From: Salpingoeca rosetta
Taxonomy: Eukaryota > Protista > Choanoflagellata
Direction: 5' to 3'
Length of the DNA stretch: 37,844 nt
Assembly: GCA_033442325.1 (NCBI GenBank)
Contig: JAWQFM010000017.1
Location: 1,279,506 to 1,317,349, forward strand
A program made the translations under genes and the position numbers. Shown one piece after another: positions 1-14,189 of this stretch (within the stretch, counting starts at the first letter, position 1; every line of letters begins with the position of its first letter). Below the pieces are notes generated by a model. That model ran no database searches, was not told the origin of the DNA, and saw nothing but the letters and a program-made list of their open reading frames with translations.

Positions 1-285
1 TTGGATCTAGCTCGTATCGGGCAAGCGCCGTCGACAACGATCTCACGAGTATAGGAGCGGATGGCCCAAACGTCACTGAAACAACCGATTTAAGCCAAAT
101 GTGTATGAGCCAATTCATGCAGCAAAATAGGGTAAATGGAAACCCAATCCCGGTCCTGTGATGTCCGAGAGTGAGGGTGTGACCATAAGCTCGCTCAGAC
201 TGCCACTCATCTGGCTTATCCAATCAATCTCCCTTCCTCATAATCAAGAATGTATGACCCGTATACGAAACTAATTACACTCCCA

Positions 286-287
<2 letters not shown>

Positions 288-331
<44 letters not shown>
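288..331. repeat. (CA)n microsatellite, representative of dozens of (CA)n/(TG)n, (CAGA)n and (CATA)n tracts across the window
   Basis: Directly visible. Most other tracts lie in introns or UTRs, e.g. 1200-1361, 3320-3523, 7456-7525, 7602-7680, 21914-21997, 23480-23552, 30961-31081, 36257-36353. Confidence 0.95.
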
Positions 332-333
<2 letters not shown>

Positions 334-547
334 CTGCATCTCTCTCACCTGAATGGTCTTGGCATCTGCCGTTGGTGTGTCCTCCATCGTGGCTCACTTC
401 CGCCGTCGCTGTGATGGATATCGGGGGAAGGACTCAATGGAAATGACTTTGCAACTGTCGCTTCCTGCCTGCCTTGCTCGCTTCTTGCTTGCACGTTTAA
501 TTTTGACACCACCACACAAACAACGTGCCAACCAACGTCTTGTCACG

Positions 548-1295
548 TTACGACGATGCATGTTGCACCTCACCCTCTTTGTCACCACCATCACCATCGG
601 CACCATCAGCACCATCAGCACCTGTGCCTTGTTCCCGCGCACTGGGACGGCTGTCGACCACTCGCCCACCTCCCACTTCCTCCTGCTTGTCTGCTGCGTG
701 CTTTGGTGTGTCTGGCTTGGCTGCAAACATGCCTGCGTACATGGCGGCCTCTCGCCTGCGCTGCCTCGCCATATCCGCCTCCGCTCGCTGCAGCTCCTGC
801 TGTGCAGCCTTGTTCCCAGGATCCCTGGCGGTGCATGAGGAGCCAGAAACGCACGTATTCGGCGGGAGATGTGGTGGTGAGGGATACGCGAAGGTTTCGC
901 CGCAGACAAAGAGACAGGCAGACAAAGAGACAGACAGACGGATGAAGAGACACGCACGCATGTATACACACATACATACACAGACACATACATACATACA
1001 TACATACATACATACATACATACATACATACATACAGACAGACAGACAGACACAGCGTGAGGCTGACTTTTGCAAGATGCGCGTGAGGAGTTCGATGCTG
1101 ACGTCGGGCTGTCCATTGATGCGCTCGGCTTTTGCCTTGCGGAAGCGCGCCTGAGTTGGACACAGACGCACAGGCGGACACAGACACAGGTACCCACCGA
1201 CAGACAGACAGACAGACAGACACACACACACACACAGACACACAGATACACGGACGGACACACAAACACACAGACACACACAGAGGCGCGCACAC

Positions 1296-1364
<69 letters not shown>

Positions 1365-1650
1365 GGCGCACACCCCAAGACGTTGCGTGAGGCAGCGCAT
1401 TGGGCACGGCAGGAACATGAGCCAGCTACGCAGGGTACCGCGAGCGGAAGCGCAGTCAACCTTTGTGTGGACGGGGTCATCTGCATCAACCTCCAACACC
1501 TAGAGAGGGAGAGAGAGAGAGAGCGGCCATCGGCGTTGCGGGGTGCGAGGGTGAGCAGAAGTGAGCGCAAACGTTGCCGTGCACCACAAGGCACCAAACA
1601 GCGCCTGCAGGCCGTCGAGATGCCCACGCTTTCACACCACAGCGAAAGCA

Positions 1651-1683
<33 letters not shown>

Positions 1684-1991
1684 AAAGCACAGACAAAAGC
1701 ACGCACACACGCACGCACAAAAGCGCACCTTGTCACAGCAGACGGATGCCATGGTGTGGAAGGCGTGGCGCTTGGCGGGGGCGCAGGCGTACACGAATGG
1801 GCGACCAAGACGCAGATGGCACTCGGCAAGGTTTGAGTACGCGGCGTCGTACAGCGGGCCAAGCTCACCCCTGCAGGTGCGGGGTGTGCGTGCGTGAGTG
1901 AGATAAGAAATTTTCGGTACGCATGCGTGAATGCCAATCCAACCTCCTTTGACCAGCACACACATTCGCACACACACACACACAGACAGAA

Positions 1992-2028
<37 letters not shown>

Positions 2029-2777
2029 CACACACACACAATACAGACACCCACAGACACCCACACACAGACACAGACAGACAGACAGACAGACAGACAG
2101 ACCGACACAGACACACGCAACCCACTCGAGGGGCAGCTGGTGCAGCTCCTTGAAAAGGACAAGGTGTTGGATGCACTTTGAAAAACTGCGCGCTGCCCAG
2201 TATGTTTGCTGGTTCTGGTTGTGGCCAACAGGACAAACACAAGCCGTCCTCCATGTGAGGTGATGGACTGTACCAACAGATGCATGTCAACTCACAACGC
2301 ACTGCACTTGCATGTTTCCGATAGCGTACAAACACACACACACATACACACGCGCGCGCGGACAAATCAAACGTGCTGGCTGACCTTGAAGAGGATGACG
2401 CCGTTACCCTTGAATCGCTTTGCAAGGTGTGCGTGCGTGTCAGCTGTCATTAGGGCTCGCAGTAACCCCTGCCGACACATGCAAATAAACGTCCAGGGCG
2501 TGAGTGAGCAGCGAAAATGTGTGGCAGACCAATGCAAACACATACACACACATGCACATACACATGCACACACACACGTGCACACAGACGCACACACACA
2601 CAGAGCCGGCACAACCTGGCAGCTCATAACGTTACACTGGTGTATGCAGATACAAACAGCCGCAAACAATCACATACAGCGACACACACACACGCACACA
2701 TATATACATATATACTCACTCACTCACTCACTTACTCACTCACTCACTCACTCACACACACACACACACAGACAAAC

Positions 2778-2812
<35 letters not shown>

Positions 2813-3400
2813 CCCCCCTCCTGCACCTACACCCATCCACATACATACACACAGCTTCTACACCTTCTGGTCGGCGTGCTTCACTGTTAGCTTGAGGTGA
2901 ACACCGGCGATTTCATCCACCACAGTGACTTCACTTCCAACCGCCGCGTCCAGTAACACGTCTTCCAACACAGCGCATACATGCGGTGGCACGTTGCTCA
3001 CTGCAGAACACATGCCATCATGAGAAACTACACGCGTGCACATGCTTGCATCGACATGAGCGCGTCGCTTCTCAAGCAACACCAACGAGTAAGACGGCAC
3101 GCCTACATGGGACGTCGTCCTTGTGAAGGGTCCACGTGTGTTCCACCCTGCCTTCTTCTACTTCTGTCTGATCTTGTCTCACGCTCACCCCAACTGCATT
3201 GAGAGTGCGCATGACCATATGTGTGCGTGTGCGTGTGCGTGTGCGTGTGCGTGTGCGTGTGCGTGCGCGTGTGTGTGTGAGTGGGTGTGGGTGATGAGCA
3301 TTAACATTGTCGTCCGTACACAGACAGACAGACAGCCACAGACACAGACACAGACACAGATACACACACACACACAAACACAAACACACACAAACACACA

Positions 3401-3436
<36 letters not shown>

Positions 3437-3594
3437 CATACACACACACACAAACACACACATACACACACACACATACACACAAACACACACACATACA
3501 TACACACACACACACACACACACGTACCGGTGATGCTGCTGCATGGTCGCACTGTGTCTAGGGACGTGCCTGCGCCCACCTTCACCTCCAGCAT
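548..3594 (-). CDS. FKBP-like/TPR Hsp90 co-chaperone (degenerate FKBP-like N-terminus plus 3 TPRs), ~334 aa, 9 exons
   Basis: Exons 3594-3528, 3193-3107, 3000-2864, 2468-2385, 2214-2126, 1870-1729, 1499-1461, 1150-1068, 824-548. All introns are GT-AG, phases are consistent, total 1005 nt, start context gccATG. TPR motifs: [43 protein letters not shown]. The segment [33 protein letters not shown] resembles the helix after the TPRs of FKBP51/52 and Cyp40. Confidence 0.75.
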
Positions 3595-4013
3595 GGCACC
3601 TTTGCTTGCTCGCTCGCTCGCTCGCTTGCTTTGTTGCCTGTTGCTGACTTGAAAGTCCTCATGGTCAAGTCATAAACTGACTTCAGTTGCCATTGAGCTG
3701 TGGCTATTTTCAACATCATAAATCAGCAGCGGATAATATTAGCGAAGATGCCCTTGGATAATCTTTCGCGAATAATCCAATCACAGGCACCACCCCCTTT
3801 GGAATTTCTGCTCGCAGTTTTTTCGCCTCCTGCTGCCCCCAACGAGAGCCAAGCAAGCCAAGCCAGCCGCACACACACTCTCTCGCTCATCTTGTCGTCG
3901 CTTCGCCTCGACCGGCCCCACCTCCTGTTCTCCTGAACACCCCGCCACCTTAGCTGCTGTATCGTCTGCTGCCGCTGCTGCATCCCATTTCCTCGTGCCC
4001 CTCGTGTCCACAG

Positions 4014-5906
<1,893 letters not shown>

Positions 5907-6973
5907 TCACTCCCCTCCATCTTTGTCCCCCTTCCTCTGTGCGCCATTTGCAGCAAGCACATGGCCTGCCTCCTTTCTACCCCGTTTGCATTACACCCAC
6001 TTTCCTACAGTGCTCTGATTCCTTTTCAACAGACATGACTGGTTTGCTTCATCGTTTGCTTTGATTCCCTCTGTGTTGTCGTCGTCGTCGTCGTTGGAGT
6101 GCGTCGGTGTACCTCGTAGTGTGCCTGTTTGTTTGCTTGTGTGTTTGTGTGCATGTGTGTGAATATGCGTGCTGTCGCCTTGTGCAACACGCTCGCTCCG
6201 TCTTGCTGACGACGACAGCCGGGTCATTCCCCTGTCGCTGCTTCTCAAGCGCGTGCGTGTACGTTCATATCGGGTGATTATCATCATCCTCGTCTCCATT
6301 CATTCATTGTCCAGCCATTTTGTGTCGGTCACCACTTGCCATGTGGCGACACGGTTGCGCTGTCGTCTCGCATGGCAGCACGTGCATCTGGCCTCTCTTT
6401 GTGTTGTGTTGCTGTCGGTTGGTGTACACGTGTGGGCACGGCGGTGTTGATTGCTGTTGGTTCGGCCCCACGGGCGCGCTGTTGTTGCTGTTGTTGCTGT
6501 TGTCGTTGCTGTTGTTGCTGTTTTTGTAGATGATGGAACGGTACTGGGTGATGTGATGTCAACCTCGTTGCCCTTTGTCCTCTTTTTCTCCTTCCTTTCC
6601 TCCTCCCCCTTTTCTTTCTTGCGCTTAGTCGTCAGGTGCAGCAGTCTTTTTTACACCATCACCTTCATACCGTCGAGAAGGCTCTGTGCGTGTTGGCGGG
6701 CGAGGGATGGGGGGGGGAGGGGTCAGTCGCTCGAGGTGGGCTTCGGTGAGATGGTTCTGGCAATCACAGGGAGAACCAAGCAATGGGAGCGTGCGCACGC
6801 ATACGTTGACAGTCAGGGAAACACACACACACACACACACTCACACTCACACAAAAACACACAAACACTCACACACTCACTCACAAACACTCACAAACAC
6901 GCACCACGTGTTGCAAATTGTTGTTGTACACAACGGATGACGACAACAACGCAAGCAAGCAAGACACTGCAAG

Positions 6974-7453
6974 ATGAGTGACGCGACCCACCAGCAACAA
7001 CAGCAGCAGCAGCCGACAGGCAAGCCCGGGAAGCCGTGCCGGGTGTGCTCCGGCTTTGGCGAGATGTACCAGTCGTTTGCAGCACAGAAGCAAGGCCAGC
7101 CACACTCTCAGCCACACCAGCAACAACGGCAGCAGCACAAGGAGCGGGGACGGGACGCGAGTCAGGGGGAACAACAGCAAGCACCAGCGCAGCGGCACCC
7201 GCAGGCAACAGCGTCATCGTCGTCAGCGACGCCTGCGCCGCAACACATGCCGACACCGACACGAGACGTTGTCACGGGCGAGGTGGAGTGCCCAGAGGAC
7301 TCGTTTACGCTGGGGCGCAAGTCATGGAGCTTGCTGCACACCATGGCTGCGTACTACCCCGATACACCGACCGACACGGACCAACGCGACATGAAGGAAA
7401 TGATGCGGCTCTTGTCCCGCTTCTACCCTTGTCGCGAGTGTGCCGATGACTTT

Positions 7454-7527
<74 letters not shown>

Positions 7528-7608
7528 CTCGTGTGCCTGACTCGTGTGCGTGTGTGTGTGTGAGGGCACCCCATCTCTCATTGTTGCTTGCTCTCTCTCC
7601 CTCACACA

Positions 7609-7665
<57 letters not shown>

Positions 7666-8252
7666 CACACAACACACATACGCACGCTCTTGTTTCTTTG
7701 CCAGGGAGTACATTCAGAAGGATCCACCAGATACAACCAGCCGCTCAGCGTTTGCCCAGTGGATGTGCAAGTACGTGTAGTGCCAAGCATGTTGTCGGCC
7801 ACCACATTGTTGCCACCGTGCTACCTTGCGTTGACGCCGCTGCATGCCTCTGCCTCACTTCTCGTGAGCCTTCTTCCCCGAGCCGGCCCCACTGTTGCTG
7901 CGTTTGCCGCAATGCATCTCAATACAGCGCTGTTCCACTCCCATTTGCACTCATCACGTCGTCCATCCGCGCTTCCGTCTCAGGGCCCACAATGCAGTGA
8001 ACGTGCGGCTCGGGAAGCCAGCCTTCGACTGCAGCAAAGTGGATGAGCGCTGGCGTGATGTGCGTATGTCAAAACAGCCCCATGTCATAACACCAGCTCA
8101 TATCGTCTACATGCACAACAACACTTCTCAGTTGTCGTCCTTGCCGACGCATCTGCTCAAATCGTCTCAACCTTGCCTCCTCTGCGCTCGCTCGTCACAA
8201 ACACATTCACGCGCACACGCAACAGGGGTGGAAGGACGGCAGCTGTGACTGA
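6974..8252 (+). CDS. GFER: FAD-linked sulfhydryl oxidase Erv1/ALR (mitochondrial intermembrane space), 216 aa, 4 exons
   Basis: Exons 6974-7455, 7705-7770, 7984-8059, 8226-8252 (651 nt). Motifs: N-terminal shuttle [21 protein letters not shown], active site [44 protein letters not shown]. Confidence 0.95.
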
Positions 8253-8760
8253 TGGGTGCAAGCGAGGCCGGCAGAGCACAAGGCCAGGCAGTCACGCGTG
8301 TACAAACAAGGGGATTGGGGTGCTGTTGTCATCGGTTGGTGTTGATAGTGGGTGGCTGGTGGGTATGGCTTGTTGCCTGCGCGTGTGTCGCCAAGATGGT
8401 GTTTGCTTGGTCATCTAATCGTGGCGGCTCCAGAAGCATGCAAGCAAGCGCGTGGGTAAGCCGCACCGCAGGCAGTTATCGAAAGTAAACGCACAAGCAC
8501 GGGCGCACACAGGCAATAACGTCGTTGCTAGTCAAGGTGGTGGTGAAGAAGAGTGTGGAATAAGCGCGTGTGTGTGTGGGGGGGGGGGTGCGCTGTGGGG
8601 AAGAGGAGGAGGAGGAGGAGTGTCTGGCGCGCGTCACAAACAAGGGCAGCAGCAACAAGGGCAGCAGCAGCAGTGATAGCAACACCGAAATACATTGCCG
8701 GCCACAGCACAGGATAAATAATAATGCCAAAGTCTTGTGCCACCAAAGGTGTTCGCGCAC

Positions 8761-8808
<48 letters not shown>

Positions 8809-8842
8809 CTCTCTCTCTCCCTCTCTGCCTCTCTCTCTCTCT

Positions 8843-10886
8843 CTACTGCGAGGAGATGATGGCTGCAAACTGCTGAAGGGAAGACCACGGGGTGCGCGTG
8901 TGCACATGAGAGCAGCAGCGGGCCGCGGCCGTCGCCGTCGCCGTGTTGACGCGTGGCGGCAGCGCAGACACGAGCGCGCCAACCTGCGACAACAGGTACT
9001 GGTACACCTGGTCAATGTCGGGTGGGCGCGTCGCCTTGTCAGGGTACTGCTCATGGCACATGCGCACCGCAAACCCAAGCAGCTCGACAACAGCCACGCC
9101 AAACCACGATGCTGATGCCGGCGCGCTTGCTTGCTCCGCCAGCTGCCAGAACGCATCCCCAAGCACGTGCTCGTATGCAAACTCAAACCCAAAGTGAACA
9201 CAGAGCACCCGCAGCCCGTACACAAACAGCGATCTGAGGCCACGCGTGCTGTCTTGTGCTGCCGTCAGCTTGCCAATCACAGCTGCGTCACACATGTCCA
9301 CACCAGCAACAAAGGCGGCGTGGCGAAGCACATCCACCTGCATCATACCGGCACCAGCACCAGCACGTGCAGCTAGGCAGCGGGCGTACACGTGCTGCAC
9401 AAGCGCATGTGGGGACTGCACACAAGCACGGGTCAGCACCGCGGCTGCACGCGTGCACGCCGCCCGCCAGCGAGGATGCCCCAGGCAGCGGTCGGCTAGA
9501 GCGCAGTCAGTAGCAGCAGCAGCAGCTGTTGTTGTTGTCGGTGGCTGCTTCGTCTTCTTCTGCTGAGCGAGGTCCGACAGTACAATGTTGAGACAGGCAA
9601 CCAGCACGTGCTCGCCCTCTGCAAACGGGTGCTGCTGGTGAGGGTGATGGTGATTGGCGTGTGGCGTGCCACCGCCACGAGCATTCACGACAACGGATGA
9701 CACCGTCAGTGATGAGGCCGCCGGGAGCGATGTTGATGTTGATGTTGATGTTGATGTTGGTGGTGGTGCGGTGAGCCACGCCAAGAGGCAGCTGGCCGCA
9801 AGGGCGGGCCGAGTTGTGTAGGCGCGGAGACACAGGTCGAGGAGCAACGCCGTGACGCGGTGCCGCAGCCCCTTCGCCGCACACACCCACGCAAACAGCA
9901 CAACAGCTCGCTGCTGCTGCTGCTGTTGCGAGGAGGGCGGCGTGCACACGTCGGAAAAGCAAATGTCATAGAGGGAATCGAGCACAGCCGTGACTGCAGT
10001 GTCAGCCCCCTGGGCCCTGCCACCTGCTGCTGATGCTGATGCTGCTGTTGGTGGGGATGATGTGGTGTCGGAGTGGGCGATGAGAGCGCGCACGAGATAC
10101 GCCGCCGCCGCCGTCGTTGTCACTGCCAACGACGACGACGACGACGACGATGATGATGATTTGCGACCAGGCGCTGGCGTGTGGCATGCGGGCGAGAACA
10201 GCTTGCTCTCGAGCGCAGGAGGTGTCGCCGTGCTCGGTGCCGTTGCCCCTGCTGCTGCCTTGGATGCGGATGGGTGCGGCGAGAAGCGAACAAGCGCCAG
10301 CAGCGCATCAGAGAGCGTGGCTGACGACGGCATGGTGTCCACAGCACGCCGGCAGACGGCCGAAATAGAGGGAACAGTGCGCTTGCTCTTCACATCACTG
10401 CTCCACTGCTGCACCCACCCCTCAACTGTCGCCGCTCGTTGCTTCAATGGCTGCGCTCCTGACTTGGCTGTCAACAACTTCTGTGCGCGCGTCGCCGCTG
10501 CTGTCGTGGTTGTGACCGACGACGACGACGACGACGACGCTGTTGTCGCTGATGATGATGATGATGATGATGACGATGATGGCGGTGCAGCAGCGGTTGC
10601 CCGGTGTTTGAGGAGCACGTCCCGCACCGTCAGCGCACCGTCAGCGTTCTTGCCAGCATCCACAACGAGCAGCTGTGCCAGCCTCGGTGCACGAGCGGTG
10701 GTCGTGGCCGCTGCTGGTGTGTGGGTGCGGCGAAACTGCTGCTGCCACGGCGGCGGCGCATCCAAGTCCAGACTCATGTCCACATCACTGTCACTGTCGC
10801 TGCTGATGGCAGCCGTCGGGGTGTACTCACTGCCGTGTGTTGCTAACTTGGTAGTCTCGGTATCAGGGGAGGCACCTATCTCCTGG

Positions 10887-10949
<63 letters not shown>

Positions 10950-11011
10950 CTCAGTTGTTGTTGTTGTTGTTGTTGTCTCAGTTGTTGTTGTCTCAGTTGT
11001 TGTTGTCTCAG

Positions 11012-11063
<52 letters not shown>

Positions 11064-11101
11064 CTCAGTTGTTGTTGTCTCAGTTGTTGTTGTTGTCTCA
11101 G

Positions 11102-11150
<49 letters not shown>

Positions 11151-11489
11151 GTGGCGGCATCTTCATTCGCTGGCCCCCGAGCATGTGTTGGCGTGCGTGT
11201 GCCCTTGTGACGGCGTGGTGAGCGCCGCAACGGCGACAAACTGCTGCCATGGCTGCTGCTGCTGGTGCCGCTGTCGGTGGCATGGCCGTTTGTTTCTGCT
11301 GGTGACATTTTGGCCCGCTTCGCAGCCGGCTCCGGTGACGACGAGGAAGACGATGATGATGGCAGCAGCGCTGTCGCGAAGGATGATGCTGGTGTGCTGC
11401 CGTCGCCGTCAGGTGTGCTCCTTTCCGGTGGCGGTGCAGCCACTGAAGTAGCACCACCACCTTGTTGTTGTTGGTGTTGTTGTTGTTGG

Positions 11490-11553
<64 letters not shown>

Positions 11554-11683
11554 GGTGCCTCTTCATCTGTTGCTGCCGTTGCTGCATGAAGCGAGCGTTC
11601 TGCATCCTTGCTGATCCAGCCACCTTCTTCACCAGTGCCTTCAGCTTCGATCCTCTCGCTGCCCCCACCGCTGCCGCCGCCGA

Positions 11684-11720
<37 letters not shown>

Positions 11721-12027
11721 GCTGCTGCGGCGGGGGCGGTGGTCGTGGCCCTGCCCTTGGCTTGCTTCTCCTTCCCTGCAACGGCGTTTGCCAGCGCCTG
11801 GTGTTCGCTCTCAGACAGCAGGCGCGTGGCCTTACGCGGCGAGCGCGGCGGGTGTTTCGCGCCACCTGCCAATTGCTGGTGCTGCTGCTGTTGTGGCTGT
11901 GATGGTGGCTGATGTGGTTTGGCAGTGCGGGGTGCAGTCGCGTGACTGCTGGGTGTTTCGTTGCTTGTTGAAGATGTACGCTGTGGACCTGACGACAACA
12001 GCTCGCGATTCTGGCTCTTCTTTTGCT

Positions 12028-12064
<37 letters not shown>

Positions 12065-14146
12065 CTTTTGCAGTTGCAGTTGCTGTCGCTGTACTCGCTG
12101 TGCTTGTTGTTCCTTGCGTTGCTTCTGTTGCTGTTGCTGCTGCAGCCGCTTCATCTCCTGCTGCTTCTGCAGGAATGCCTTCACCTTCTGCACAGACACC
12201 TTGGCTGTGCTCCCCTCAGCGCCTCCGTGGCATTTGGTTTCCGTGCTTGCTTGTGGTGGCTCCCCGTGCTTCCCTGTCGACGGCGCACCTCCACAAGCCT
12301 GTTGCCGGTGTTGTTGCTGCTGTCGTTGATGTTGTTGCAGCTGTGCCTCGAGGGTGTCCATCTCGGCCTGTGCTTCGCGCCGCAGGGCCCTCTCCTTGGT
12401 CATGTCCCGCCGCAGCCGCTGGTTCTCCGAGCGCAGCCGCCGCAACTCGCGCTGCATCTCAACGTCTGCCGGAACACTCCGCAGCCCGCCGCCACCGCTA
12501 CTGCTGCTGTCACCACTACTGTTGGCGCTGTCGCCGCCCGCAGCAGCGATGCGGCCCATGACGGCAGCGACGGCGGCCGAGCCCGTGCTGCTGCCCATGA
12601 GCCGCCCCCTGTTCTGCAGCAGCACGGCCTCAAGCTGCTTCACGTGCTCCCGCGCCGCCTGCAGCTGCCTGCGAAGGCCCTCAACCTTCTCCTGCTGGTC
12701 CTGGATCACGGTGCGTGCCTGCCGCAGCGACGTCACATCGTGGCGGGCCGGTGTGCCAGTGGTCGCTGCTGCTGCTGCTGCTGTTGATGCTGCTGCTGCT
12801 GCTGCTGTTGATGCTGCTGACGTGGATGGTGTGACCGCCCTGCTGCTGTCGGGGTGCGCGCCTGGCACGGGTGATGCCCGCAACGACGTGGCCACGGACG
12901 GGGGCGGCGGCGCCGGCGATGCTGGGGCCGTGCTGCACGCAGAGCCGGGCGGCAGGTGCTTGCTGCGCTTCCCTTGGCTGAGGAACGCTATTTGGGCCTC
13001 GAGGGCCTTGTTGTTCTGCTGCAGCGCCTTGATGCGGCGCTTGAGCCGGTGCACCGTCTGCGGCGTGTGCTGCTGCTGCTGCTGCTGTTGTTGTTGTTGG
13101 TAGTGTGTGAGGCGCTGTTGCAGTGCTGCACACTGCGAGCAGCCCCTTGTCGACGGTTGCTGGTGTTGTTGGTGCGACCATTCACTCCAGATGGCGGTGT
13201 GGCTGCCACTCATGTTGGTGGGTGTGTCAGCTGAAGAGGGATCTTCGTCTCCAGCTCGCGAGGGCAGGGACAGCGGCACAAGTGCCCTTGGTGGTGATGG
13301 ATGCAGTGATGTAGTCTCTGTGGTGGGAGAGGTACTGAGGGTGAGCGGCTTGAAGGAGGTGGGTGCCACATTGTTGGCTGCACCATTACTGGCTGTACCG
13401 TTGCTGGTAAACAACGAATCGTCCAAGGCGCCGAAGTCGATGTCATCAAAGCTGACGGACGTGGCATCTTGCTGCGCATCTTGTGCAGTGGCACCGCTGT
13501 CGTTGGTGCTGGTGTTGGTAATGCTGGTGCCGTTGGGATAACGTTGAAATGTGCCGCCTTGTTGCACGTTGGCACCTGTGTCTTTGGCATCACCATCATT
13601 GTCATCAGTGTCGTCGGCGGCGTTGTCGTTGTCGAGGGTTGTTGATGGCGGTGTGGGTGCGAGGAACTCGGCTTCGGCAGTTGGAGTAGATGCCGTGGAA
13701 GAGGAGGTTGAAGCCGTTGAGGAAGCCGAGGACGGCAGGGAGCCAGCAACGGCAGGCTTGGTGTTGGTGTTGGCGTTGGTGCTGGTGGTGGTGGTGGTGT
13801 TGGTGTTGGTGTTGGTGTTGGTGTTGGTGTTGGTGCTGGTGCTGGTGCTGGTGCTGGTGGTGCTAGTGCTGCTGCTACTGCTGGTGCGTCGGGAAAGTGG
13901 TCCGCCGCGTCCCGTTGCGGTGGTAGTGGAATCTGTTGGTCGAGTCAAGGGCACATTTGGAGAAGAGGATGTGGATGTTGCTGGGCTGGAGCTTGTGGAT
14001 GCGTGCTGTTGCAAGTACTGCTTGTGCACAGCCACTGCAGCTACAACTGGTACTGTTGTCGCTGTTGATGACGGCGGAGGTGGTGTCGGATTGGTGGATG
14101 ATGCACGCCTGAGCCATGGCGGCCTTGCCCTTGTCTGGCTGGCCAT
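8843..14146 (-). CDS. Large single-exon low-complexity/coiled-coil protein (~1767 aa) with a helical C-terminal domain; tentatively ICE1-like (little elongation complex subunit 1)
   Basis: A 5.3-kb stop-free frame. The likely start is MASQTRAR at 14146; the upstream part of the ORF is CA-repeat UTR. Contains a CxxC-led coiled coil (CSQCAALQQRLTHY), further coiled coils, polyQ/S/T tracts and an ordered C-terminal ~350 aa. The CDS is well supported; the ICE1 identity rests on remembered motif similarity only. Confidence 0.7.
10886..11150 (-). repeat. Coding polyglutamine tract, (CAA)n interrupted by CTGAGA (Leu-Arg), then (CAG)n
   Basis: Plus strand reads (tgc)n then (tgt)n with recurring tctcag units; it translates as Qn-LR-Qn on the minus strand. 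Confidence 0.9.
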
Positions 14147-14151
14147 GACTG

Positions 14152-14189
<38 letters not shown>

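Noticed and set aside
394-3544. Many ORFs rich in VCVC, HTHT or TDRQ here and throughout the window
   Set aside because: They are translations of intronic (TG)n/(CA)n/(CAGA)n microsatellites, which lack stops; the real exons are accounted for by the spliced models.
5907-6973. Short ORFs between RhoA and Erv1
   Set aside because: Low-complexity TG/TTG-rich 3' UTR and promoter sequence with no coherent exon structure.
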